Source of the DNA: Anaerolineae bacterium
GTDB lineage: Bacteria; Chloroflexota; Anaerolineae; B4-G1; SLSP01
NCBI GenBank assembly: GCA_040774145.1
Contig: JAXGUU010000003.1
Coordinates: 1-38,328 of the forward strand
DNA: 38,328 bases
Direction of reading: 5' to 3'
A program made the position numbers and the translations under genes. The notes below the pieces were generated by a model that was not told where the DNA came from, searched no databases, and saw nothing but the letters and a program-made list of their open reading frames with translations. Shown in pieces: positions 1-10,300 of the stretch (position 1 is its first letter; each line of letters begins with the position of its first letter).

Positions 1-70
1 CAGCGCGGCGAGAAGGTAGCCCAGGAAGCGCGGTGTGTATTGTCCCGACGGCGTTACCGGGAAGGTGAAG

Positions 71-547
71 CTAGTGTTCGTGTCCCGAGTGCACGTGGCC
101 GTGGGCGATCTCCTCCTCCGAGGCCTCTTGAACGTCCATCACCTCGACGTCGAAGTGGAGTGTCTCACCCGCCAAGGGATGGTTGAGGTCCAACTTCACC
201 GCATCGGAGGTCACGCCGACCACCGTTGCCAGGTAGCGGCCTTGATCCGTCTGGATCTGGAATCGAGCGCCCAGCTGGATCATATCGGCGTTGGGGAACT
301 GCGCAGGATCGGCGGTCATCACCATTTCGTCTTTGCGCTCGCCATATCCCTGCTCGGGCGGGATCGAGACCGAGAGCGTGTCTCCGGTCTCCTTACCCTC
401 CAGTGCTGTCTCCAGACCGGGGATGATGTTGCCTGCGCCGTGCAAATAGGCTAGCGGCTGCCGCCCCTCAGAGCTATCGAGCACCTGCCCCGCGTCGTTC
501 TTGAGCGTGTAGTCTATCTGTACGGCCTTACCTTGAGAGATCTTCAT
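71..547 (-). CDS. slyD: FKBP-type peptidyl-prolyl cis-trans isomerase, SlyD-like
   Basis: DYTL..DSS...PL.YLHGAGNIIPGLE, PEQGYG, DLNHPLAGETLHFDVEV motifs; short His-rich tail HGHVHSGHEH; AAAGGA RBS upstream. Confidence 0.95.
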   Translation of the reverse strand: MKISQGKAVQIDYTLKNDAGQVLDSSEGRQPLAYLHGAGNIIPGLETALEGKETGDTLSVSIPPEQGYGERKDEMVMTADPAQFPNADMIQLGARFQIQTDQGRYLATVVGVTSDAVKLDLNHPLAGETLHFDVEVMDVQEASEEEIAHGHVHSGHEH

Positions 548-697
548 CGTCGTCCTTTCGTCTGCTTGGTCGTCACACGCCCTTATGCTAACAGCATTGC
601 GAGGAAAACCAACCTCCTACGCGCTGGTTCGCCGCCGGCACCTTCCGTCAGCGGGAAAACGCGGGTGCGACGGCGCTCGAGCCGCTTCGAGACCACC

Positions 698-1999
698 CTA
701 CCGCGTCGCATTCGTGGCGATCCCTACCATGACCTCGTGGAAGCGGTCGGCCTCCTCCCAGATCATACCGTGGCCCGATTCCTCGAAGAAGATCAGCTCC
801 TTGCTCGGCGCCTCGATGAGGTCGTAGTAGGCCTCGGGGATCTGCGAAGGATTGTTCATGTCGTGACGGCCCAGGATGATGGTCACCGGCAGGGCGAAGT
901 GGGCCGCATCTTGGCGATAGTCCATTTCCTGAAGCTGGGGATAGACGGCGTTGAAGGTGTTCATCAAGCCGAGCAGGTAGTAGACGCGGTCAAGCCAGCC
1001 GTACTCGGGCCGTCTGAGGGAGAGCAGTAGGATGTCGCCGTCGCGGCGGTAGACCTCGTTCCGGATATTGGGGACCTCGAAGACGGCGTATTCCCGTCCG
1101 AAGAGCGTCGCGTAGGGTTGGATAGGGCTCTTGCCGAAGTAGGGGGGCGGTCCCTGCGCCTCCAGTGTCCGCACAAAGGCCGTGTCGCCGGTTCTCTGGG
1201 CGTGTTCATACACCGCATCGTAGACGAGCAGGTCGGCCTCCTGCACATCCACCATCTGCGCTGTGCCGACGTAGTGGGTGAAGAGGTCGGGGCGGGCCTG
1301 CGCGGCGCGCGCGCCGATGATGGTGCCCCACGAGTGGCCCACCAGGGTGATGGTCTCCTCGTCGAAGCGCGCGCGCAGCATCTCGGCGAGCTCGATGATG
1401 TCTTCTGTGTACTGCGCCACCGTCAGATCGCCCTTCGGGTTGATCGAGGGGTAAGACTTGGTGCAGACGCGCTGCTCCCAGATGACGACGGCGTAGTCCT
1501 CCTCCAGCGCCTGGTTGAAGCGCAGCACGCGCGCAGCCTCGCTGGCCCCGGGCCCGCCGGAGAGGAAGAGGAGCACGGGCTTGGTCACGTCCTGTCCGCG
1601 GATGATGAGCCACTGCCGGACGCCGCCCAGCTCCACCGCCTCGACGCTGGCGATGCTCCCCGGGAGCGGCTTGCCGTCGGCGCCGCGGATTTGCGGGGTG
1701 TGCGCCAGGGCCTGCGAGGCACCGACGATGGCGATGATCAGGGCCAGTGCGCCGAGCGCGACCGCGCCGCGACGGCGCAGTTGCTGCGCCCGTGGTTTGC
1801 CCAGCGCCAGCGCTATCCCCGCGATCCCCGCCAGGAGCAGCGCGCCGATGAGCACCAACAAGCCGGCAGCCAGCGCCACGCCCTCGATCAGGACGCTCGG
1901 CCCCGCGCCGAGCAGCGGGCGCAGGCCGAGGAAGTAGCTCATCAGGACGATCAGGACGATAGCGTAGGGCCGGATCTTCCGCATAGTTTCGGTCTTCAT
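698..1999 (-). CDS. Membrane-anchored alpha/beta hydrolase (proline iminopeptidase-like)
   Basis: About 3 N-terminal hydrophobic helices, LSGGPG oxyanion loop, GHSWG nucleophile elbow, GRHD, ESGH; ATG at 1999 follows AAAGGA RBS (ORF track starts at TTG 2014). Confidence 0.85.
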   Translation of the reverse strand: MKTETMRKIRPYAIVLIVLMSYFLGLRPLLGAGPSVLIEGVALAAGLLVLIGALLLAGIAGIALALGKPRAQQLRRRGAVALGALALIIAIVGASQALAHTPQIRGADGKPLPGSIASVEAVELGGVRQWLIIRGQDVTKPVLLFLSGGPGASEAARVLRFNQALEEDYAVVIWEQRVCTKSYPSINPKGDLTVAQYTEDIIELAEMLRARFDEETITLVGHSWGTIIGARAAQARPDLFTHYVGTAQMVDVQEADLLVYDAVYEHAQRTGDTAFVRTLEAQGPPPYFGKSPIQPYATLFGREYAVFEVPNIRNEVYRRDGDILLLSLRRPEYGWLDRVYYLLGLMNTFNAVYPQLQEMDYRQDAAHFALPVTIILGRHDMNNPSQIPEAYYDLIEAPSKELIFFEESGHGMIWEEADRFHEVMVGIATNATR

Positions 2000-2029
2000 T
2001 GTGATTCCTTTCAACTTGAGTAGGTTGCA

Positions 2030-2575
2030 TCAACTACAGCCGGCATCGTCGTGCGGTGGGCTGCTGTCGCGGTCGTTCGCAGCCCCCCCCGCCGCCATCA
2101 GGCGGCCCAGCTCGTCGAGCGTCAGGCCGTGGTCCCGCGGCTCACGCAGCACCAGCCGTCCTCCCGGCTTGAGCTGTCGCGCCAGCGCCGCGATCACGTC
2201 AGGGCGCTCGGCGGAGGGGATATCGTGCAGGACAAAGTGGATCACGATCACGTCGTAGGCGGCCTCGGGTAGGTCAAGCGTCGTGATGCGGCCCCGGTAG
2301 GTGCCGACGTTATCGTATCGGCGCAGGGTCCGGCGGATCACGCGCATCCAACCGCGGGAGATGTCCACGCAGTCGAGCTGTCCGCCGGCCTGCAGACGGT
2401 CGGCGATATGACGTGAGCAGACGCCAGATCCGGAGCCGAAGTCCAGCACGCGTTCACCGCCGTGCAGGCCCAGGCTGCGGGTGAAGCTGCGGTAGTAGGG
2501 CTGGAGCACGGTCGTGCCCAGCCATTGCGTGAGCTTGATCTCAAGCGGGGTGGGTTCATAGGTCGAAAGCGTCAT
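2030..2575 (-). CDS. Class I SAM-dependent methyltransferase (C-terminus possibly frameshifted at a G8 run)
   Basis: VLDFGSGSG motif I, CVDIS, YDVIVIHFVLHDI, LKPGGRL; ATG 2575 overlaps stop of upstream ORF (ATGA). Confidence 0.85.
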   Translation of the reverse strand: MTLSTYEPTPLEIKLTQWLGTTVLQPYYRSFTRSLGLHGGERVLDFGSGSGVCSRHIADRLQAGGQLDCVDISRGWMRVIRRTLRRYDNVGTYRGRITTLDLPEAAYDVIVIHFVLHDIPSAERPDVIAALARQLKPGGRLVLREPRDHGLTLDELGRLMAAGGAANDRDSSPPHDDAGCS

Positions 2576-2826
2576 AGGTGCGTCTCTCCTCTCTCTCTTT
2601 CTGAGTCGAGGCAGCACACAGCCAGGAGCGCGATGCCCATATCGCGGATGCGGTCCAAGATACCAAAGAGCGCGGCCTGGTCCGCGACGGGACCCGTGAG
2701 CACGGTCTCTCCGCAGGGAAGCCACGTGGCGGTCAAGCCATCGAAGGAGCCTACCCGGCGTGTGTCCAGGTGGCCCTGCAAACGAATCTCGTAGATGCGG
2801 CCCATCGGTTGGGTCTTGTGACTCAT
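2572..2826 (-). CDS. Small hypothetical protein (YEIRxxGHL ... DQAALxGxLxxIRDxG type)
   Basis: 84 aa ORF with GGAGAGG RBS; resembles a recurrent small uncharacterised family; translationally coupled to the methyltransferase. Confidence 0.75.
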   Translation of the reverse strand: MSHKTQPMGRIYEIRLQGHLDTRRVGSFDGLTATWLPCGETVLTGPVADQAALFGILDRIRDMGIALLAVCCLDSERERGETHL

Positions 2827-2890
2827 CTCGTGCCCTCTCCGAGTTCTGGTCTGGTGTGCGTCTCACTGCCTACAGTCTAGAGGATGAACG

Positions 2891-2918
2891 GATAGGACGT
2901 CACCTATCTTTCGATAGG
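2891..2918. promoter_or_regulatory. Candidate operator: GATAGG-N6-CCTATC-N4-GATAGG
   Basis: Three alternating 6-bp half-sites in the divergent intergenic region 2827-3070, just upstream of a minus-strand TAGACT -10-like hexamer. Confidence 0.4.
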
Positions 2919-3070
2919 AGGGAGGGGTAGGTCGTTGGGCGGGCAAGTATGCTATGATGGGAGCAGACATACTCTCGCAGTATTTCCGCATGGTCGGTGT
3001 TTGAGTAAGTGAAGCGATCGACCGGATGTGACCGATCCGACATGGGGTGATGTGCTGACAGGAGTGAGTT

Positions 3071-3679
3071 TTGTCGAAGATCCAGGAGTTAACGCAGGAG
3101 CGGCGCCTCGTCTCGCGGGCGCGTCGTGATCCCGAGGCCTTTCGCGAGCTCTACCGTGCCTACTTCCCGCGGATCTACGCCTATATCGCCTACCGCGTGG
3201 GGCGGGCCCAGGATGCGGAGGACCTCACGGCTGAGACGTTTCTCAGAGCTGTGGAGCAGCTGTCGCGCTTCCGTTGGCGCGGGGAGGGGAGCTTCGCGGC
3301 GTGGCTCTTCCGGATCGCCCATAACCTAGTGGCTAACTTCTATCGCGCCGCCGAACGGGCGCCCGAGCCCCTGCCGCTTGAGCTGCTGCCCGATGTGAAA
3401 GTCGCCGACGGGCTGCCCGCCGATGAGCTGGCCCGCAAGGAGGTGCTGACGCAGCTACGCGGCCTGATCGGCGCGCTCTCCCCGCGACAGCAGGAGATCG
3501 TCACCCTGCGTTTCTTTGGTGGGCTGCGGAACCAGGAGATCGCTGCGCTCCTCGATCTCGACGAGCGCACGGTCGCGGCGCATCTCTCTCGTGGCGTGCG
3601 CCGGTTGCAGGAGCATTATGAACAAGCTGCCCTTTCAGCGGAAGAGGTGCCGGCAGCAGCGGAGGTATCCCATGGATAA
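3071..3679 (+). CDS. ECF (sigma-70 group 4) RNA polymerase sigma factor
   Basis: Region 2 (DAEDLTAETFLRA, FAAWLFRIAHN) and region 4 (LSPRQQEIVTLRFFGGLRNQEIAALL); TTG start after AGGAG. Confidence 0.93.
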   Translation: MSKIQELTQERRLVSRARRDPEAFRELYRAYFPRIYAYIAYRVGRAQDAEDLTAETFLRAVEQLSRFRWRGEGSFAAWLFRIAHNLVANFYRAAERAPEPLPLELLPDVKVADGLPADELARKEVLTQLRGLIGALSPRQQEIVTLRFFGGLRNQEIAALLDLDERTVAAHLSRGVRRLQEHYEQAALSAEEVPAAAEVSHG

Positions 3680-6095
3680 GGTGATGGCGTTGACAGAGGC
3701 GGACAGAGAGGTACTGGCCCATATCGAGCGCGCGATCGGTGGCGCGCCCTCTTCGGGTGCCGAATGGGATGGGCGCGAGGACGTCGTTGAGCTTCTGCTC
3801 GCGACGCAGCCCCAGGCGACAGGCGACTTCGAGCAGCGTCTTGAGAGCCGGCTGATGGCCCGGCTGCACCCGATCCCGGAGACGCGGGTGCAGCTCCACG
3901 CCTGGCGGCGTTGGGGCGCAGCGGGAGCTCTGGCGATCCTGCTCATCGTGGTGTTGGCCCTGGCGGCGATGGGGCCGCGCCGTGTCTGGGCGCAGGTCCG
4001 GCACTGGCTGGGTTACGCCCCGGGCATCGGCTTCGTTGACCTGGACGCGACGCGGGTGCTCGCGGCGCCGGTCGCCGCGACGCGCGATGGCGTGACGCTC
4101 ACGGTAGGACAGGTGCTTGCCCGGTCCGATGAAACGACGGTCGTCTTCAGCAGCCAGGGGCTGCCGCGGGAGGACCGGCTGATCCCCCAGGGGCCGGAGA
4201 TGGCACCGGGTCACGCGCCACGGCTGCGCCTGCCCGATGGGCGGGAGCTGGCGCCGGAGACCTTCACGCTGCGCTGGGGTGGGGGGACGGTTGTCTTCCC
4301 GGCGCTGCCGCCGGAGGTCTACCGTGTGACGCTGGTCGTGCCGACTCTGCCCTTGGTGCCGGCAGGCGCCGCGCCCGAGGACTGGGAGATGCCGCTCGCA
4401 CTGCGTGCCGCTACCAGCGAGCTCGTGGCGGAGCTCTTCCCGCAGCCCTACACGCCACCCGAGGCCGTCGATGCCCGACACGGTGTCACGCTCCGGGTGC
4501 TGGAGGTGGCGCATAGCCCGGATGAGACGGCGCTGCAGCTCCAGCTCCAGTGGGCTGACCCCTCTTGGGAGAGCCACTTCATCCGCGGTTCCTATCTGCC
4601 GCAGTTGAGCGACGATGTGGGCCACGTCTACTACGAACAGGTCGGAGGCTCGGGTGAGGGTAGCCTGAGCCAGAGTGTGGTCGTCGCTGTGCAGCCGGAT
4701 GCGGACGGCGGGCCTGAGCCCGATCATCAGATCCCGACCCTGACTCAGACGGTGACCTTCTCGCCGGTCTCGCTCGCGGCGCAGGCCCTGACGCTGACGA
4801 TGGGCGGCTTCGATTTCGAAGTCCCGGCGGAGGCGGCTCTGACGCTGGATCTGGGGGACGATCCCCAGGTGGGCGATGTCTGGCCCATGGATCTGGTGCT
4901 GGATGTGGCGGGGGTCTCCATGCGCGTCCTCCGCGCCCGGCTGGTGAACGAGGAGCTGGGGTCTCCTGAGGACGTGATCCTGCGGCCTACCCTGTGGTTC
5001 GATATCGTGCCCGTTGTTCAGGACGGCATCATGGGGCTCTGCGGCCTTCGTTTCGATGGAGCCGTCGCCGGCTTCCGGCCCGGGAGTGTCGGCGGCTATA
5101 GCCCACAGTCGCAACAGGTGCGCGCGGGCCTCGTGGTCGAGGAGGGGCATCCGATGCCCAAGGGGGTTATCCACGTGCCGATCGACGGCGCCCGACTCTG
5201 TCTCAATGATGTGTGGACGGTCTCGTGGGAGATCCCGAGTTCGACTGACGGCGTGGAAACAGACCTAACCCCGGTGGTGATCTACCCGACCGAGGCCGCT
5301 CAGACACGACACGGGCTGACGCTGCAGGTTGAAAAGGTCGTGTTGACCGACCGGCTCACGCACGTGCAGGTCGGGTTGGTCGATCCGCCGGCGGGGACGA
5401 CGCTGAGTGCGGCGCTGCGCTGGAACTGGCCTAATGTCAGACCGGAGGGGCTCTCCCTGACTGATGATCGTGTGCACACCTACGCACCGGCGCGCGCCGT
5501 CGGTTGGGTGCCTGCTGTGGGCACAGCGCCGGGTCAGCCGATGGGCGTGGACTTGACCGCTATAGCCTTCGAGCCTTTGGACCCGCTGGCGCGGCAGCTC
5601 ACACTGCACGTCCCTGCGGTCGAGATCGTGACATCCGCGACAGCAGGCTTCGACGTACCGGTGCCCGATGGGTTGACGCCGGACCACGGTGATGATGCGC
5701 CATGGGCTGTCAGCTCGACGTGGGAGGTGGACATCCCGGTGACGTTGGGCGAGGTTCAGCTGCACTTCACCCAGGCGCATCTCGCGGAGCTCAACGGCAC
5801 GACGATGCTGATGCTGCGCTCGGAGCCCATCACGCCGGTCGCGCGTTTGAGGCGGCTCTCCGGCGTGAGTCTAGCCGCCGTGACCGGCCCCGACAGGCGC
5901 CGGGTGGATCTCAGCAGCTCGGTTGGCGGTGCGGGGCCTGTGGCGGAGGGCGATCCGCGCTATGAGGTGTGGCTGGGATTTGATGTCGTGGACCCGGCGA
6001 GCGGCAGCGTGCAGCCGGGGTTGTACCGTGTCATGGTTGGGGGGGCCAGGTTGGTCGTCGAGGGAGACTGGACGCTCCGATGGGAGCTGCCCTGA
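3672..6095 (+). CDS. Putative membrane-anchored anti-sigma factor with large repeated extracytoplasmic beta-domains (DUF4179-like)
   Basis: ATG 3672 after GGAGGT overlaps the sigma gene end; short cytoplasmic N-terminus, one TM helix (ALAILLIVVLALAAM), then repeated xRxGVTLxV modules. Confidence 0.7.
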   Translation: MDKVMALTEADREVLAHIERAIGGAPSSGAEWDGREDVVELLLATQPQATGDFEQRLESRLMARLHPIPETRVQLHAWRRWGAAGALAILLIVVLALAAMGPRRVWAQVRHWLGYAPGIGFVDLDATRVLAAPVAATRDGVTLTVGQVLARSDETTVVFSSQGLPREDRLIPQGPEMAPGHAPRLRLPDGRELAPETFTLRWGGGTVVFPALPPEVYRVTLVVPTLPLVPAGAAPEDWEMPLALRAATSELVAELFPQPYTPPEAVDARHGVTLRVLEVAHSPDETALQLQLQWADPSWESHFIRGSYLPQLSDDVGHVYYEQVGGSGEGSLSQSVVVAVQPDADGGPEPDHQIPTLTQTVTFSPVSLAAQALTLTMGGFDFEVPAEAALTLDLGDDPQVGDVWPMDLVLDVAGVSMRVLRARLVNEELGSPEDVILRPTLWFDIVPVVQDGIMGLCGLRFDGAVAGFRPGSVGGYSPQSQQVRAGLVVEEGHPMPKGVIHVPIDGARLCLNDVWTVSWEIPSSTDGVETDLTPVVIYPTEAAQTRHGLTLQVEKVVLTDRLTHVQVGLVDPPAGTTLSAALRWNWPNVRPEGLSLTDDRVHTYAPARAVGWVPAVGTAPGQPMGVDLTAIAFEPLDPLARQLTLHVPAVEIVTSATAGFDVPVPDGLTPDHGDDAPWAVSSTWEVDIPVTLGEVQLHFTQAHLAELNGTTMLMLRSEPITPVARLRRLSGVSLAAVTGPDRRRVDLSSSVGGAGPVAEGDPRYEVWLGFDVVDPASGSVQPGLYRVMVGGARLVVEGDWTLRWELP

Positions 6096-6208
6096 TCGGT
6101 GCGCACTGCCGATGCGCCGACTGCCGGATAGGGATCCGGAGGGAGCGTGAGAAGGCATAGCCCCAGCCCTTCAGTGCTGGGCGGAGGTCGCGTCCGGATG
6201 AGCCCGGG

Positions 6209-7168
6209 TCAGGGCGCCATCAGAGGCGACATGACCTTGCCACGCAGGGCGCGCCAGGCGAGGGCGAACATCATGGTGAGGCCGGCGAAGGCGAGGAAGA
6301 AGGTGACCTGCTCGATCCCATCGAGGTAGGCGAACTCGGCAGCTCCGATCCATGCGATCTGCAGGCCGAGCAGCACGCTGCAGGCGATGACGACCCAGCC
6401 GAAGAGCGGGATGAGCCATACCGTCGCCAGTGCAAAGGTGAACCAGATGAGGGGCAGCAGCAGATCGAGGTTGAACGGGTAGGAGGCCAGGGCGAAGACG
6501 GGCGCTGCCGCCAGGGCGACCAGGCCCGTGTGCAACAGGCCTCTGACAAGTGGTCTGCTGCGCAAGGCGGGGAGCTTGGCGCTGTCTGTTGGCGCCGCAA
6601 TCCTGCCGTTGACATAGGCTGTGACCTGGTCGAAGTTCTCGGGAAGGCAGACGACTAACATCAGCGGGCGCCACGTGCCGCGCAGGGTGATCATCCGGTG
6701 GCGCGGGGCCACCGTGAAACCGGCGAGCTCGTCCCAGCGGACCGCCTCCGTCTCCCGTGACGTGCCCAGCAGACCGGCGCCTGCCGTCTGTGGATTGCCC
6801 CCCAATAGGCCCGCGATCAGGGCCAGACGGTTGCCGGCGCGCGCGCGTCGATCCACCGTCTTCCACAGCACACCCTCGTTGTCGACCGTGAAGCTGACGC
6901 GGATGTGGTTGCCGAACGCGATCAGAGCGACCAAGAAGAGCAGGATCCCGAGAACCACGGCTGCCGCCGCCGAGATCAGCAGCATTATCGGGATCTGGTC
7001 GAACTCACCGGTGGTGGCCAAGATGAAGGTCAGCAAGAAGGCCATCAAGAGACCCGCACCTGCCGAGACGAGCAGCAGTTGTCTCGCGATCAGGGGATTG
7101 GTGACCAGCGGAATCTCAGTCTCCCACGAGAGAGAACTATCGCGCTCCAGTGGATGGGTCGTCTCCAT
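6209..7168 (-). CDS. Integral membrane protein of unknown function
   Basis: 319 aa; 2 TM helices, a soluble domain and about 4 C-terminal TM helices; GGAGGAG RBS; upstream promoter. Confidence 0.75.
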   Translation of the reverse strand: METTHPLERDSSLSWETEIPLVTNPLIARQLLLVSAGAGLLMAFLLTFILATTGEFDQIPIMLLISAAAAVVLGILLFLVALIAFGNHIRVSFTVDNEGVLWKTVDRRARAGNRLALIAGLLGGNPQTAGAGLLGTSRETEAVRWDELAGFTVAPRHRMITLRGTWRPLMLVVCLPENFDQVTAYVNGRIAAPTDSAKLPALRSRPLVRGLLHTGLVALAAAPVFALASYPFNLDLLLPLIWFTFALATVWLIPLFGWVVIACSVLLGLQIAWIGAAEFAYLDGIEQVTFFLAFAGLTMMFALAWRALRGKVMSPLMAP

Positions 7169-7239
7169 CGTGCTCCTCCCTCTGCGCAGTGTGCGTTGTG
7201 ACAGGATGAGGGCGCGCTGTGCACCCGCTCACGATGTTC

Positions 7240-7267
7240 AGTATAGAACCCCCGAGGCCTGCGTCAA
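7240..7267 (-). promoter_or_regulatory. sigma70-type promoter for the 6209-7168 gene
   Basis: Minus strand TTGACG-16 nt-TATACT. Confidence 0.55.
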
Positions 7268-7336
7268 CTTGCCGGGCGGTCGGTTTGCGGCGCTCAGCTG
7301 AGCTCATCTGATGGTGGCTGCCGAGTCCCGGGGCGG

Positions 7337-10300
7337 TTAGCGTCGGTTCCGAAGGGCGGCGTCAACGGCACGGGCGAGGTCGTCGAGGTCGGGGGGCTTC
7401 GGTAACCAGTCGGCTACGCCCTGAGCCAGCAGCTCGTCGAGGTTGCGCTGGCGCGGATGACCGCTCATCAGGATCACGGGGATGGTCCAGCCGCGTTCCC
7501 GCAGCGCGTTGGCCAATGCCAGGCCTCCCATGCGGGGCATCACGACATCGCTGAGAACGAGGTCCACATGGACGTGCTCCTCGCCGAGGAGGGCCAGCGC
7601 AGCAAGGCCGTCGGGCGCCTCACGGATCTGGTAGCCGTTATCGACCAGCGTCTCGCAGAGGGCCCCGCGCAGCACGGCGTTGTCCTCGACGACCAGAATC
7701 ACCTGGCCCTGACCGCGAGGCGTCTCGCTCTGAGCGAGCTCCAGGACGGCGTCCGGTGTAGTAGACGAAGCGGGCAGATAGATGGTGAAGGTTGTCCCAT
7801 GGTTCGGCTCGGTACGGACGTCAATGTGCCCTTCGTGCTGTGCGATGATGCCATGCACCTGGGCGAGGCCCAGCCCGCTGCCCTGACCGGGTGGCTTGGT
7901 TGTGTAGAAGGGCTCGAAGATGTGCGGCAGGGCCTCCGCCGGGATACCCGTGCCGGTATCCGTGACCGAGATCGTGATCCAGTCGCCCGCTGTCATACGC
8001 GCGACCGGTGGCGATGCGTGACGGTCGAGATGCACATGATCCAGTGCAATGCGCAGCGTGCCTCCTTGCGGCATTGCGTCACGCGCGTTAACCGCCAAGT
8101 TCATGATGATCTGCTGCATCCGGGTCGGGTCGGCGCTGACCAGGTAGGCCTCCCGCGCGTGAATCAGCTCGACGGTGATGCTCTCGGGCAGCGTGCGCTT
8201 GAGCAATCGCTCCTGCTCCTTGATCAGGGGCAGCAGGTCGAGGGGGCGGCGCGCCAGGAGCCCACGGCGGCTGAAATCCAGGATCTGCTCGATCAGCTGA
8301 GCTGCGTGATGGGCCTGCTGGTTGATCGTCTCCAATCGCTCCCTGTCGCGCATCGGTAGGTGGTCCGACCGCGCTGCCATCTGCGCGTGAAGGACAATGA
8401 CGCCCATGATGTTGTTGAAGTCGTGGGCGATACCCGCGGCCAGCTGGCCGAGGGCAGCCAACCGCTCCTGCTGCTGCAGCCGTTCACGTACCTGGTGTTC
8501 CTCGGTCACGTCCTGAATGACGAGGACCCAGTGCTCGGGATCGGCGCCGTTGGCGATGGGGCGGGCGATGACCTCGAAGGTGCGGTCCTCGGCGTGTACG
8601 TCGTGCCAGACGCCCTTGGGCGGCGATGTGAGGAGTTCGGAGAGGGAGCGGTTGCCGAGATGGCTGAGTCGTGGCGGCTCCTCGGCTGACTCGGGATCGG
8701 GGGAGGTGGGGAGCTGCTGGACGCCATCACGGCTGTAAATGTCGATATCGGCGAGGAGCGAAAGCTGGCTCGCTGCGACCGGGTTGGTCAGCTCGATGTG
8801 ACCTTGGGCATCAAGGAGGAGCACACCCTGCGGGACGGTCTCAATGATCTGTGTGATCTGCTGGGCTTGTTCACGGTTGAGCTCGAGCAGGGCTTGACGC
8901 TCGGCCTCAGCGACTCTCCGATCGGTGACATCCTCGCCCGAGGAGAGGATGCCGGTCACGGTGCCGGCCTCGTCCCTGACGACGACGTTGCGCCAAGCGA
9001 TGAGACGACGGTCACCCTGATGGGTCAGGATGTGATTCTCCATCACCTCGCCGGAGCTCGGGGCGCCGTTCGCGAGACGCGTCAGGTCTTCACGCACCCG
9101 GTTGCCCTCCTCTTGGGGCAAGCAGAACTCGTACCAATCCCTGCCGATGAGCTCATCCTCCTGATAGCCAAGCACCTCGCATCCTTTGCGATTGACCATG
9201 GTGATCTCGCCGGATGGACTGAGCGCGACCATGATCACGCCGGCCGTATCAAGGTAGCGTTGGGCGCGGGCCTGCTCACGCTCCAGACGCCGCTGGGCCT
9301 CGCGCTCCTCGGCCTGGTCCCGGAAGACCAGGACGACGCCGGTGATGTTGCCGTCAGGGTCGGCAATCGGGGCCCCGCTATCGGCGATGGGGATCTCCCG
9401 CCCGTCACGTGCGATGAGCAACGTGTGGTTGGCCAGCCCGACGATGACACCCTCGCTCAGGACCCGGCTGACCGGATTCTCCACTGCTTGACGAGATGCC
9501 TCATTGACGATCACAAAGACCTCGGTCAGCGGTCGACCGCGTGCGTCCTGCGCCGTCCACCCGGTCAGGCTCTCGGCGACGGCGTTGAGGAGCATCACCC
9601 TTCCGTGTTCGTCGGTCGCGATGACGCCATCGCCGATGCTCTGCAGGGTGGTCCCATAGCGCATCTCCGCTTCGTAGAGCGCGCGGTAGTGAGAGCGATC
9701 CCGACGCTGCCACACGACGCCGACAGCGCTGCCCGTACCCGTCAGCAACAGCCCGACGACGCCGAGGACAAGCCAGAGTCTCTGTCGCAGCGGAGCGTAG
9801 ATCTCTGCGGTGTCGATCTTCGCGATAAGGGCCCAGGGGGAATCGGGCACGCGGCGCACGGCGGCGGCTACGGGTATGCCACGATAGTCGAGGCCCTCGA
9901 CGAGGCCCTCGGCGCCCTGTAGGGCCATCGCGGCAGGTAGGGCTTCCTCGGTCAGGGGTATCGTGAGTCGAAGGGCCGCGTCGTCGTGGTAGCGAAGGTC
10001 ATTGAGGAAGAGGACGTGGTCGCCCTCGCGGCGGACGAGAAGGGTCTCGGCGGTGGCGCGCCCGGTCGGCCAACGCTGGATCATGGGGTAGAGATAGTGG
10101 TTGGGGTCGGTCTCGATCACGAGGACGCCGAGGCCTGCATCCCCCTCCCGTTCGTCCAGGATGGGTACCAAGACACTCAGGAGCACCGGTCCGTCCGGGG
10201 CGTGGCGGTGGAAATCGATGAAGGCGATCTCCTGCGCGGCAAGCACGTCGCGTGCCTTCTCAACGAGATGGGGCGAAACGGGCTCATCGAGCGGAGGTGA

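Noticed and set aside
1-70. Possible start of a minus-strand membrane-protein gene (..YTPRFLGYLLAAL) at the window edge
   Set aside because: No start codon found in frame and too little sequence to support
6096-6208. Cluster of small hairpins between convergent genes as an ncRNA
   Set aside because: Short GC-rich stems with no promoter; more simply terminator-like or chance structure
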